Shown here piece after piece: positions 29,902 to 43,178 of a stretch of 64,000 bases of DNA; position 1 is the first letter of the stretch, and each line of letters opens with the position of its first letter. A program made the translations under genes and the position numbers. The DNA comes from Eledone cirrhosa (lineage: Eukaryota), in contig OZ024741.1 in the NCBI GenBank assembly GCA_964016885.1, positions 95,852,001 to 95,916,000 on the forward strand, in the 5' to 3' direction. A model generated the notes under the pieces. That model had not been told where the DNA came from, searched no databases, and saw nothing but the letters and a program-made list of their open reading frames with translations.

Positions 29902-30334
29902 TAACAATAATAATAACAACATTACCTTCTCGTTGAATAATACGTACTCGTATCGTTCGTGGACGAGTTCGAATGTACCATTACTAAATATGAAAAAGAA
30001 ACTCTGCACGAAATTAATACATTTGATTGTCGTGAGGACTTGAATACATATTCCTTTGAAGGAGAGTAAAGGTAACCGAGGCGGTGTAACAGCCGCCTAG
30101 TTTAGGGATTGGCCCAGTAAACTGGTTAAAACGTACACTCAGAGTAGCCTACAAACAAATTAGAATATCGGGCTCAGGTTGGTATGCATGGCTACCCCAC
30201 TCAATAATAATTATTGGTCTCAAGAGAAGTTAAAAATAAAGACGTGTTTAAGGAGAGGAGTGAGAACACTGAGAGGCTGTGATCATGAGCGATGACAGTG
30301 TATGTATGTATGTATGTATGTATGTATGTATGTA

Positions 30335-30960
30335 TGTCGGGTCACTCTTGAGTGCTACTGGTAACATGTAACCCAGTACAACCTGTCGCATGGTCGGATC
30401 GTCGGCTACTAAACCGGCAACCCCACCAAGTTTACTTGATGAGGAGGGTGAGTTTGGACACCTTGCAGGACAAAAAACAAGACCTGACAAAGGGTAGAAG
30501 AACTCATAAGAGTCAACGGCCATCCAAATGTGTGTAAATATATATACACACATGTACTTGTGTATGTATATGTATATGTGATATACGTGGGTGCATGTAT
30601 ATGTATATGCGCGGTGACATAGAAATAGTCGGGCTGGACACCCGATCGCGCGGGTAAACCACCGGGAGTGAAGGACCCCTAGCCTTTGTCAGGGCATTCT
30701 TCTAAGAGAAGGCAATTCAGGAAACTGGGATAACTCCGATATAAAACCTGCGGCTCAGTAGTTACCGATGATGTTGATCTTTTCTTCTTTTCGGGTTATA
30801 GCTACTGTCGCTCAGAGAGTGGGATTGGCTCAGTGCACAGTCTTTCCTCAATTTAAAAAATATCTTCACGCACAGGCACTGCACGATACAAATAATTAAT
30901 AATTATAAATAATGGTACATCGTGCAATGGCCATACTCGATAACGAGGGGGCAGCCATCA
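30335..30960 (+). mobile_element. Family X SINE-like element
   Basis: Close copy of 5747-6372, flanked by (TATG)n. Confidence 0.75.
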
Positions 30961-31004
30961 TGTATGTATGCATGTATGTGTTTGTATGTATGTGTGTATG
31001 TTTT

Positions 31005-31300
31005 TTTTTGGTGGAGTGAGAGACTCCTAGTCATCTCTCTAGGAGAAAGTCACTCTGATATAAGACCTGCGACTTCGTTTGCATCCAATGATGTTCAGAG
31101 AGTGGAATTGGCTCCGCCCAAAGCCTTTCCTCCTTAAAAAAAGCTTCAAACACAGTAATCGTTCAATATATGACAGTTTTTGCAATGCATGACATTGCTG
31201 GTCAAAGGCCAGTCCCTAGCATGACTGTAAAGCTACGTCCGTGATGCTCATGCTTAAGTATCAAGCGATGGCATTGCACAAAATCGAGTTTCAGCCATCA
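31005..31300 (+). mobile_element. Family Z SINE-like element
   Basis: Diverged copy of 7912-8229. Confidence 0.6.
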
Positions 31301-31310
31301 AATATGTATG

Positions 31311-33260
31311 TTCTTCTGGTTTTATAATTTCACAAAGTGTTACCAATAGAGAGAGAGTCGGTTTCTAACATAGACACAAGACTCTCTCATTGGAATTTAC
31401 ACAACATCAACTAGGTAGATATGTATGCATGCATGTGTAGATATGGATGTTATTGTATGTGTGGATGTGTATGTTTTGAGTTATATGTGTGCTTTGTATC
31501 TGTACATATTTATATGCAGTTATTAGATGCAAAATCTTTGGAATGTTTTACATATTTTTACTGTTCCATTAATGGATTGTACTTGTAATTTCCTAACTAG
31601 TCGTGATCTTTCTGTTCCTGTGAAGCCCAGCTTCTCAAGATTTGTATTGAGGCAGTTACTAACATATCCCAGTGCCCCAATAACCACAGGCATAAATCTG
31701 AAGGTGTAATCAGAGTGGAGTATCTGCAGATTTCTCATCAGTTCTGCATAAATATTCTCCTTTTCACTAATCTTTGATATTATATTGGCATCTGCTGGGC
31801 AGCTAACTTCCACTACTGTGCATGCTTTCTTCTCTCTGTCCCATATCATAATATCTGGTCTGTTATGCCTGTATTTTATTGGGGTTTTTACTGGAACATT
31901 CCACCAGTACTCTTTCATATTATGGAAGTCTTCCACATTTCTGTAGCTTTTAATGTGTTTATTATCGGGGCTATCCTTTTTACGAACTGCATTGTACAGT
32001 GTTTTGGCCACTACATCATGCCTCATAGGTAGATAGTACCGCGATGACATCTTTGGACAGCTGCTGATGACATGGGTGATATCCTCGATATTAGTTCTGC
32101 AGAGTTTGCACTTGTTATCACATCTAGGTGTTTTGCCTGCATCCCTATCTCTTTTGTAAATAGGTATTTCGTGTTAATCTCCTGTTCTTGGATTGCAAAA
32201 GCGTATCCTTCAAAGTGGGAGCCAATATAGCGGTTGTTGGTCCAAAGATAGACTACTTTCCTTATCTATATTACTCTCACTCTGGAGCCTCCTGGCAACA
32301 TATCCATGCATGATTTTTTGCTGGTAAGCATGCAGTTTTTCATCCATGGATTCACTGCGATACTGCTGAGTGACATCCCTGGGTGTGAGTTTTTGATTAT
32401 CACACAGGGAATATCTCTCGAGGAGTTCCTTCCCAACTCTCATGATCTTATCTGTTTCATGCAGATAGACTTGCTGGAGAAACGGGCTCCTACGCTTCGA
32501 GGTTCGTAGATGTCGGAGAGATATGACGCGACATTCAAATGTTGTCTGGACTGATGTTAAGCCTCTGCCTCCCTGCTTACGTTTCAAGTAAAGGCGGTCT
32601 ATGTCACTGTTGATGTGGAAGTTTCCGGTGTTGTTCAGTATTTTTCGAGTTCCAACATCAACTGCTCGGATTTCGTCTATCGTCCAAGTGAGTATTCCAA
32701 ACGTTGGTGTTAGGACAGGCACAGCAAACACATTGTGAGCCACTGTTTTGTTTTGCGCAGAGAGTTCCGATGACCAGATCTTTCTTAATCGGGTGTAGTA
32801 TTCCCTGGTTACGCGTTCTTTATTACAGATACCATTATAGGATATGTTCTCATCTATCCCCGGGTATCTGTAGCAGTCCTCATCAGATATCGGTGAAACA
32901 GTTAGGCCATTGATGACAATGTTGCTAGATTGGGTTGTTGTTTTTCCCCGCTTTACAGTCATGCATGAGCATTTATCTTGGCCAAACTCCATTCCTATAT
33001 CCTTTGAGAACGTTGTAACCAGGTCAAGATTTTTCTTCATTCCATCCATATTCTTGACATAGAGTTTCAGATCGTCCACAAAGAAATTATGGGTTAGGTT
33101 CGTATTTCTGTCCTCCTGTGAGCCAATGATGTATCCCTCACATTTCTTGAGCAAAAAGGACAAGAGGTTTAATGACAAGATGAATAATATCACAGAGAGA
33201 CTGTCCCCCTGAAATATACCCCTGCAATATTTTATTTTATCAGTGAAAATATGTTGACCA
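31311..33260 (-). mobile_element. 5'-truncated R4/Dong-like retrotransposon, family B (partial RT + CCHC + REL), frameshifted
   Basis: RT motifs RGIFQGDSLS, FVDDLKLY, GMEFGQDKC and RLYLKRKQGGRGL, then CKLC...H, RHD, NRPDI and EVSCP. Confidence 0.92.
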
Positions 33261-33272
33261 TATGTATGTATG

Positions 33273-34220
33273 TTATCTCTTTCTCTTAATTTCGAGTATA
33301 TTTTTTTTTGACTGGCCACCTTCCTGGTGGCAAGGTTGTAAAAGAAAAGAAATTGTCATCCCTTGAATCGCAAGAATGTTTTGCAAATTTTGAAGGTGCC
33401 AGCTATCGCAGCCATTTGTAGACTATGAATTAGGGAGCTGCACTTTTTGTCCGCAAATCCAAGTTCAGTCATACTTTGGTCCAAGCGGGTTGGTATATAA
33501 CCCGTAGCTCCAATAATGATGGGTATGAAGCTAAAGGTGTATCTTGGATACTGGATTTGTAAACTCCTCATCAATGATCCGTAGATGTCCTCCTTCTCCT
33601 GTATTTTTCTGACAACGTTTATATCAAGTGGGCAGCTGATCTCCACAACAGAACACGTTTTCAATGTGTGGTCCCAAACAACAATATCAGGCCGGTTGTG
33701 CTTTAATTTGGTGGCAGTTATTTTCAGGTTCCACCAGTATTCCTAAGTGCCATCTGTCTCAATATATTCTTCCTCGTTTGTTGTTAATTTTGTTTTCTGA
33801 AGTGCGTTTCAGATGGTTCTAGCTCTCCCATCGTGTCTCATGGGGAGGTAGTAGCGAGATGACATTCTTTCGCAGCTGGCAACAATGTGGCTTACATCCC
33901 CGATCTTTGTTTTACATAGCCTACATTTATTGTCAGCTGCTGGCCCTCCTCTTTTGTGCAGCAGATATTTGGTAGGGAGTTCTTGTTCCTGTATTGCATA
34001 GAGATATCCCTTAAGGTGTGATGTCATAAACTTGTCGGAACTCCATGCCAGGCTTTTTGAGTGGTTTATCCCCTCTATGGTCTGTGTTTTGCGCCTCAAG
34101 TATCCATGCACAACTTTTTCTGTAAATTGGTCAATTTTTTTATCTTGTTTGAACATTGAATAGGATCTTCCGATTTCTCTGGGTGAGAGATTTATATCAG
34201 GCTTTATTCCATATCTCTCC
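33273..34220 (-). mobile_element. 5'-truncated R4/Dong-like retrotransposon, family A
   Basis: Close copy of 4901-5690 extending about 160 bp further 5'. Separated from family B by only about 12 bp of TATG. Confidence 0.88.
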
Positions 34221-34446
34221 TGTATGTATGTATGTATGTATGTATGTATGTATGTATGTATGTATGTATGTATGTATGTATGTATGTATGTATGTATGCA
34301 TGTATGTATGTATGTATGTATATATGTATGTATTTATTTATGTATGTATGTATGTATTTATGTATGTATGTATGTATGTGTGTATATATATTCATGTACT
34401 GGGATACATGAATATATATACACACATGGGATACATGAATATATAT

Positions 34447-34996
34447 ACCTGTCTCATGGTCGGGTCATTGGCGACTAAACTGGCAACCCCACCAAGGTTT
34501 CTTGGTGAGGAGGGGGACTTTGGACATCCTGCAGGACTAAAAACAAAACCTGTCAAAGGGCAAAGGAGCTCTTAAGAGTCAATGGCCGGGAGAGATGACG
34601 CCTTAGCCTTTGTCAAGGCAGAATTCTAGGAGAAGGAAAACTCTGATATAACACCTGCAACCCTGATGGTATCCAATGATGTTGACTTGTTCTTCTTTTT
34701 GGTAAATATCATCTTAGTTAAGAGAGTGGGACTGGCTTTGTGCAGTGCCTTTACTCCCTATAAAAGCTTCACGGCACAAGCATTGCTTTATATCTGGAGA
34801 TCTCTCTGCACTTGTCGTCACATGGTACCATGGACCTGGCACTATGTGTCAATAATTGTCACAAGTGCAGTGTTTATACCAGAGTTTTCAAGTCGCTGGC
34901 TGGACTAAAAGTCACACTCGTTCAGCGCATCAGTAGGGGTTCTCCTACATGGATATGAAGTAGTGGCCGTACTCGAAAACGAGTTGGCAGCCACCA
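34447..34996 (+). mobile_element. Family Y SINE-like element (slightly 5'-truncated)
   Basis: Matches 6891-7454. Confidence 0.75.
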
Positions 34997-35106
34997 TATA
35001 TATTCATGTGTGTATATATATTAATGTATATATATTCATGTATGTATGTATGTATGTATGTATGTATGTATGTATGTATGTATGTATGTATGTATGTATG
35101 TATGTA

Positions 35107-35826
35107 TGGAGAAAGACTGTATATGAGGGAAAAGTTGCCTTTGAGGCATCTCGAATCGCATACGAGAAAGTAAAGCGGGATGTGAGGAAGGGCATTGCTG
35201 TTGCACTTCCAGACGGCGAAGGTCCTCCTATGGTGCTGACATGCAGCGTCTGTGCAAGACTCTGCCTAAGCAAAGCTGGACTCGAAAGTCATCTTCGCAG
35301 TCATAAAGTAAGACCAGTGGTTGACTACCAGGCTGCTGTTGGAGATGCTACTCATCATGCTTGCCAAGCATGTGGTAGAGAATGTAAATCAACAGGAGGA
35401 CTCAAACGACATGCAAAAGTACATGAACTCCAACCACAGCCGGCTATTCCCAGTGAATGTTTTCGTTGCCGACTGTGCAAGACATTTTAGATCATTGGCT
35501 GGGAGTGAAAGGCCTGGGAGTGAAAGGCCTCCAGTTGTTGTCACAACACCTATCTAGGAGACGGAAACTGAAAAATAAAACCTGTGGCTTCGGAAGCACC
35601 CGATGGTGTTGACCAGTTCTCCTTTTCGGGCAGTGTTTTCGATGCTCAGAGAGTGGGATTGGTCGAGTGCAAGGCCTTTCCCCACTTAAAAAAACCTCCA
35701 AAGCACAGGCATTTCTTATTCAAGATCTGTTACAGGCTCGTGTGGCTAGCCGTAGCCTAAAGGTGCACCATTTTCTGTAATCTGACAAGCGATTGCAATA
35801 CCCTTAGCAGAGTTTGCAGCCACAAT
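35107..35826 (+). mobile_element. 3' part of an RTE-type LINE with tandem C2H2 fingers, followed by a SINE-like segment and (TGTA)n
   Basis: WRKTVYEG..AFE...R..RK, CSVCARLCLSKAGLESHLRSH and CQACGRECKSTGGLKRHAKVH. The downstream segment shares CTAGGAGA..GAAA and CTCAGAGAGTGGGATTGG with families X and Z. Confidence 0.7.
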
Positions 35827-36189
35827 GTATGTACAATGTATGTATGTAAGTATGTATGTATGCTGTTATTTGTGTTCTGTCTCTTTTTTACTTTCGAGTT
35901 TATGTTAACTGGCTCCTCATCTGTAGTGGCTGTTCCAGTACGTCTCCCTCGCTGTCCTCTGGGTTAATGTATTCTCCATCTTGTCAGCGAAGACCCAGAG
36001 GCGGAGGGTAAGTTAGATGGAAGTGGACAATAATCGCCCGGACGTCACTTTCTCTCTATTTCTTTAATCTGCTTATCAGATGACTTTCTCAGAACTGAAT
36101 GTGCTCTTTCGTTTTTTTTTAAGTCCTAAAAATGTTTTACAGATTTTGAAACGTTCAAATATCGGGGTCATTTGTATCTTCTAAATACG

Positions 36190-36273
<84 letters not shown>

Positions 36274-36614
36274 AATATAAACATGTTTGTATTAAAATAA
36301 CAGATTAAAGCTTAAGCAAAGAATCGCTGCTTTCACCCTCCCGCTAAGGGTGAAAGCAGCGAATATATGCAGATACCAAGGTTAGTCGGTACATACGTTG
36401 GTATCTAAATATGTATATATGCAGAGATGTATGTATGTAAAAATATGTATGTATGCATATATATATATATATATATTTGGGTTTGTTGGTTCACCACTGG
36501 ATAGAACTGGTCATTCTGTATGGTCAATCTCGATGTAATATTATGGAGAGCACTCAACGTAATGCAATTCACCCGTCTTTGTTTGTGTAGTTGGTGGTGC
36601 GAGTACGGAGTTAA

Positions 36615-36977
36615 TTATTATAAAATAACAGGAGGCTGGACTGGTGTAAATCCTTGAAAGGTTATTATACTATGATCATTTCAATGACCGGGTTCAGTAT
36701 GAATCCGTTGACATCATCAGGTATTCAAAATGTAACAAAGGAATATAACAGATAAAATCCACGGGGATGAAAATCAGAGACAAGAGGACGACCGACTATT
36801 TAGCAGCTTCTACCTCAGTCGGCCGCCCTTGAGAGTTCTAAATAGTCGGTCGTTCTCTTGTTTGTTATATTTTGAATACCTGATGATGTCACCGGATTCA
36901 TACTGAACCCGGTCATTGAAATGATCATAGTATAATAAACCTTTCAAGGATTTACACCAGTCCAGCCTCCTGTTATT

Positions 36978-36985
<8 letters not shown>
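36615..36985. mobile_element. Inverted-repeat element with a type I hammerhead in each arm
   Basis: Plus arm 36876-36933: ATAC-CTGATGA-[ACCGG...CCGGT stem]-GAAA-TGATCA-TA^GTAT. Mirror copy on the minus strand at about 36667-36724. AATAAA and (TA)n follow. Confidence 0.8.
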
Positions 36986-37046
<61 letters not shown>

Positions 37047-37267
37047 TAGAAAGTGAGGTTTTTTTTACAAAATGAAAAATAACCGAGGTGTCCTACACGA
37101 GTGAAAGTATAAAGAAAAAAAGATGAAATCGAAAATGCAACTGGAGTCTTACTTTAAAAAAATATATATATTGATTTGATTCCTTTACCGATTTCGCAGT
37201 TCTTCTGCTTTTCAAAAGTAGAGTTGAGATAGAGGGTCTGTGGTTTTTCTCACATCATATATATATA

Positions 37268-37917
37268 AGACTACGTTGGTATGGCCACGTGATGCGCATG
37301 AAAGACGACAGCTGTATAAAAAAGTGCAGGGCGATCAAAATTGATGGTAGTTACGGAGTAGGTAGACCCAGAAAAACCTGGGACGATCTGATAAATTCCG
37401 ACCTTACACACTTGCACCTCTCTAAGACAATGTCACTGGACCGAGATCTTTGGCGCTACGCAGTAATACAGAAGACCCGCCTTGCCTATGTACAAAGCGA
37501 AACCTACAGTCAGTAGGCACCTCTTAACCAAATATACACCCCAATCCACTACCCCTACCCTATCCTCCCACTCCCACCAACACCACCCTCTCTCTATAAA
37601 GTTGGTACCACAACATCCAGTCCAAATAAATGGGATAAATGAGATCGAGATCGAGATCGTGTAGGTGTCACGAGAAAAAAACACACAGTCCACGCTGTAA
37701 TGTGGCCGAGTAGGTAACATGGTAAAAAGTTCCCAGTTCCACACTGTAAATGTGGTTGGTGTTAGGAAGGGCATCCAGCCGTAGAAAACCTGCCATATAG
37801 TCCTATATGAGCGAGACACGGTCACCCGACCAACCTTGCCTCAAGTGGGACAACTCCCGTCTAACCAATGCTAGCGTGGAAAATGGACGTTAAACGAAGA
37901 TGATAATGATGATGATG
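37268..37917 (+). mobile_element. RTE LINE C-terminus plus RTE-type 3' module ending in (GAT)n
   Basis: RLRWYGHVMRM...GRPRKTW...DRDLWR, then AGGAAGGGCATCCAGCCGTAGAAAAC...GGACGTTAAACGAAGATGATAATGATG. Confidence 0.75.
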
Positions 37918-38108
37918 AAGTTTATCCCGGGTTCAATCGGGGGTAGCCACAGTAAGTAAGGTACTCAATACATAGCAGAGTATAAATATTTAATATTGTG
38001 TGTATGATGATTTCTCCCGAATGAAATATTTCTAGTCCTGTAGAAGCCATTTCTATATTCTATATATATACATACATACATACATACATACATACATACA
38101 TACATACA

Positions 38109-38191
<83 letters not shown>

Positions 38192-38255
38192 GTATATAAG
38201 TATATAAGTATATAAATATGTATCTATGCAAATAAGTACATATGTACATCTGTAC

Positions 38256-38343
<88 letters not shown>

Positions 38344-38579
38344 AAATATGTGCGTATCTGTGTGTGTATGGGTTTGTATTTGTGTGTGTATGTATGCATC
38401 AATGTATATCTATCTATTTATGTATGATTTGATGAATATATATGAATACCTGCGGCAAATAGAGAAATTATTTGCAGGAAACATTGGCGATGTCGAGCAG
38501 CAACAACAATAGTAATAATAGTAATAATGATAAACATTATTATTTTATTAATGTTAGTTTTATTATTATTTTTAGTGTC

Positions 38580-39840
38580 GTTGTTACTACGTTTATTTTG
38601 TTGTTGTTGTTGTTGTTGTTACTGTTATTGTTGTCACTGTTATTGGTTGTTGCTATTTGTTGTTGTTATTGTTGTCACTGTTGTTGCTATTTGTTGTTGT
38701 TATTGTTGTCACTGTTATTGGTTGTTGCTATTTGTTGTTGTTATTGTTGTCACTGTTGTTGTTGTTGTTGTTGTTGTTGTTATTGTTGTCACTGTTATTG
38801 GTTGTTGCTATTTGTTGTTGTTATTGTTGTCACTGTTGTTGCTTGTTGCTATTTGTTGTTGTTATTGTTGTCACTGTTGTTGTTTGTTGCTATTTGTTGT
38901 TGTTATTGTTGTCACTGTTGTTGTTTGTTGCTATTTGTTGTTGTTATTGCTGTCACTGTTGTTGCTTGTTGCTATTTGTTGTTGTTATTGTTGTCACTGT
39001 TGTTGTTTGTTGCTATTTGTTGTTGTTATTGTTGTCACTGTTGTTGCTTGTTGCTATTTGTTGTTGTTATTGCTGTCACTGTTGTTGCTTGTTGCTATTT
39101 GTTGTTGTTATTGCTGTCACTGTTGTTGCTTGTTGCTATTTGTTGTTGTTATTGCTGTCACTGTTGTTGCTTGTTGCTATTTGTTGTTGTTATTGTTCTT
39201 ATTGCTGCCGCTACTGTTATTGCTGCTGCTGTTGTTGTTGTTGTTACTCTTATTGCTGTTGTTACTGTCATTGTTGTCACTGTTGTTGGTTGTTGCTATT
39301 TGTTGTTGTTATTGTTGTCACTGTTGTTGCTACTGTTATTGTTGCCGCTACTGTTATTGCTGTTGTTGTTGTTGTTACCGTTATTACTGTTGTTACTCTC
39401 ATTATTGTCACTGATGTTGTTGTTGCTATTGTTATTGTTGTTGTTACTGTTATTGTTGTCACTGTTGTTGTTGCTACTGTTATTGTTGTTGTTACTGTTA
39501 TTGTTGTCACTGTTGTTGTTGCTACTGTTATTGTTGTTGTTACTGTTATTGTCACTGTTGTTGTTGCTACTGTTATTGTTGTTGTTACTGTTACTGTTGT
39601 CACTGTTGTTGCTACTGTTATTGTTGTTGTTACTGTTATTGTTGTCACTGTTGTTGCTTGTTGCTGCTGTTGTTGTTATTGTTGTTGCTACTGTCATTGT
39701 TATTGCTACTGTTATTGTTGTCACTGTCGTTATTGCTGTTGTTATTGTTGTCACTGTTGTTGTTATTGTTGTTGCAGCTAGTTATTATTGTTGTTGTTAT
39801 TTTTGTTGTAGCTAGTTATTATTATTGTTGTTGTTGTTGT
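38580..39840. repeat. (TTG)-rich minisatellite with about 40-45-bp units (GTTGCTATTTGTTGTTGTTATTGTTGTCACT...)
   Basis: Direct reading. The 447-aa Leu/Cys/Val ORF is a by-product. Confidence 0.9.
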
Positions 39841-39990
39841 ATGTATTATTGCTACTTTTCTAGACCTTTTTCTTCACATTTTAATTTCCTTTCCAGTTGT
39901 CAATGAAGTAGTAGTAGAGACCACTAAAGGCTTTCTTGGAGCTAAGTTTTACCCCGACATACACGTACACACATACATACATACACACAC

Positions 39991-40097
<107 letters not shown>

Positions 40098-40272
40098 TAC
40101 ATACACATAAATACATACACGCACACACAATCTCTCACTCATACACACACATATATACACACACACATACACACACACGTACGTGCGTATGTTTATACTA
40201 AGGATCACACGTACATTTCAACATATATAAACGCACTGACACGTGTATATACGTAGATATATGAATACACAG

Positions 40273-40378
<106 letters not shown>

Positions 40379-40553
40379 CTATGTACATATTAACACCTGC
40401 AATCCTCATTCTTTCATTAATAACTTCCTAAACCTTTTTCACTTTAACGTAGCTAACCTCCTACCTCACCATCCTTCATCCATCCTTACATCCATCCCAA
40501 ACCTACCTAGCTAGCCACTCCCATCTCTCTCTCTCGCCCCCCCTCTCTCTCTC

Positions 40554-40608
<55 letters not shown>

Positions 40609-40611
40609 CTG

Positions 40612-40671
<60 letters not shown>

Positions 40672-40737
40672 CCTACCTACCTACCTACCTACCTACCTAC
40701 CTACCTACCTACCTACCTACCTACCTACCTATCTATC

Positions 40738-40797
40738 TAAACTTCCCCCTTTGTATTTGTCCCCTTCTTTTGTGCCCCTGTGGCTAATAAAGAAACA
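40738..40797 (+). mobile_element. About 60-bp 3'-end insertion related to the 23960-25075 LINE, inside (TATC)n
   Basis: CCCCCTTTGTATTTGTCCC...GTGGCTAATAAAGAAA resembles 25018-25074. Confidence 0.65.
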
Positions 40798-40875
<78 letters not shown>

Positions 40876-41981
40876 CTTTTCACCCCCCTCCAAGCCTCTT
40901 ATTTATCTGTCTCTCTTTCTTTAACGAACGATTCGTCCTACCTTGCTTGAAGACCTATTGTTTGGTGTGATGTGTGGTGGTGTGTTGTACTGTGGTGTGG
41001 TGTAGTACGTTAGACTATGGCTTGACGTGGCGTGTTTAAAAGGATTGTCGAAAAGTTCTCGGTATAGAGTTAAGTTTACTGTAGTTTGATGTGACATGGG
41101 GTATGAAGTGAGGTGTGGACTAGAAGTAGCTGTATTGTGGTACGGTATGGTGTGGTGGAGTGTAGTATGGTATGGCATGGTGTTGTGTGGTGTGATGTGG
41201 TATGGGTTCATGTGCCAGGGTGTAGAGGCACGTTGGAGGATGTGAAAAGTACTGTGGATTTCTGTGTGGTGTAATGTTGTGTGTTGAGGTATGCAATGTT
41301 ATGGTGTGTATTATAGTTTGTTGGCATTGTTTAGCGTGCGGCGGAATGAAGAGGCGAGAAGTGGTGTGGTGTGGTATGGTGCAGTGTATGGTGGAGTGTA
41401 TAGTGTGATGTAGTGTATAGTATGTGTTGTGTGTTCAGTTATACTATGCTATGCTACTTTGTGTGGTGTTATAAGGTGTGGTGTGGTGCCATGCATTAGA
41501 GTTTGTTGGATAAGTTTAGCGTGGAATGAAATGGTGAGGCAAGAAGTAGTGTGGTGTGATGTGGTGTGGTGTGGTTCAGAACAGTGTGATGAGAAACAGA
41601 ATAGTATTGGGTGGTGAAGGGTTACAATTGAGATAGTTATTAAATTTGGCAGCCACAATTCCCGCCTCGTTTCTGCCCTAACCGATATCAACAGTTGCCA
41701 CTGATTGCTATAGTCAGACACAGATGAATTGAAGACCTGTTGATAGCATTTTGTGATGATTCATAGGCAAATAGAAGATACTATGGAAGAATGGGGAGAG
41801 TTATGGGAATGGTAATGGAGGTAAAGGAAAGGGGACACAGCGAGGAGGTGGAAGGATAAGGAGGGGCGAGCGGAAAGGATGTTGTCAGAGAAAAAGAGAA
41901 CAATGGGAGAGTAGAAGAGATAGAGCCAGTAAAACAGAGGGAAAAGGAGAAAGGGAGAGAGAAATAGATAGAACGAAAGAG

Positions 41982-42064
<83 letters not shown>

Positions 42065-42247
42065 GGATACGGGGAGGGAGTGAGAGAGACGGGGAAGGAG
42101 TGATGAACAAAAAGAAAGAATAACAGAGGTGTTGTTATATGAAGGCATTTGTATGTATGTATGTATGTATGTATGTATGTATGTATGTATGTATGTATGT
42201 ATGTATGTACGTATGTATGTATGTATGTTTGTATGTATGTATGTATG

Positions 42248-42279
<32 letters not shown>

Positions 42280-42717
42280 TGTATGTATGTATGTGTGTGA
42301 TATATATGTATGCATGCGTTTGTGTGTAGGTGAGTATGTGCGTGTGTCCTTTGTGTGTGAAAAGCGAGCGAGAGAAGGGGTGATGTGATGTAAATGCTTG
42401 TATAAAAATCTGCGTTTCTGTTTCAGTTTGCGAACGCCGGTTTCTTGTGGCGGTTGACTATCCCCTGGTCAATCTTCATAGAAAAGACCTTTGATCAACA
42501 CCATTTCAGCTGTGCCCATCTCGTCTTTTTCATGTGCAAAGAAACGTTGTCTTTTTGTAAGGTAGTAGAATATCATTTGACAAGGATTTGGCATCTATTT
42601 TTAAAAAGCCGATCACGTAGAGAGTCTCTCTTAGGCCAGATGTCAGAGTGTTTGCGAGGAAATGCATGTGGCGACGTGTACGTATTTGTGCATACATGCT
42701 TATGTTAAGAATAATAT

Positions 42718-42826
<109 letters not shown>

Positions 42827-42984
42827 ACACCCACACACCCACACACACACACACACACACACCACATACACACACACACATATATATATAAATATACAGA
42901 GTCGGGCTAGATCTATACAGACCTGAACCTAAACATCGAGTGCTCACACGGGTGAACTTACAGTAACTCCGCGTTGCACTCCCT

Positions 42985-43018
<34 letters not shown>

Positions 43019-43178
43019 TTAATTATACTATTTATGGTTATGTAAATACAAAAACTTTTTGCAGTTATATATATTTTTATACAAACCCTAAATAGTGGTA
43101 GGCAGTAATATATTACTACCTTATTACCAGTAAGTTAAGTAGCTCAATGTAAAAACATCAGATGATTTACAGAGCAGT

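Noticed and set aside
32210-33319. N-terminus of the 369-aa ORF as a real protein start
   Set aside because: The first about 20 residues come from the family A 3' UTR and TATG linker. The ORF is a chance read-through into a 5'-truncated RT.
35107-35490. Host C2H2 zinc-finger gene
   Set aside because: It starts abruptly at TATG repeats, has the WR...FE...RK pattern of RTE C-termini, and a degraded relative at 7529-7892 ends in the retroelement tail.
38472-39815. 447-aa Leu/Cys/Val ORF and its Asn/Thr-rich antisense ORFs
   Set aside because: Stop-poor TTG minisatellite, open in three frames, with no domain.
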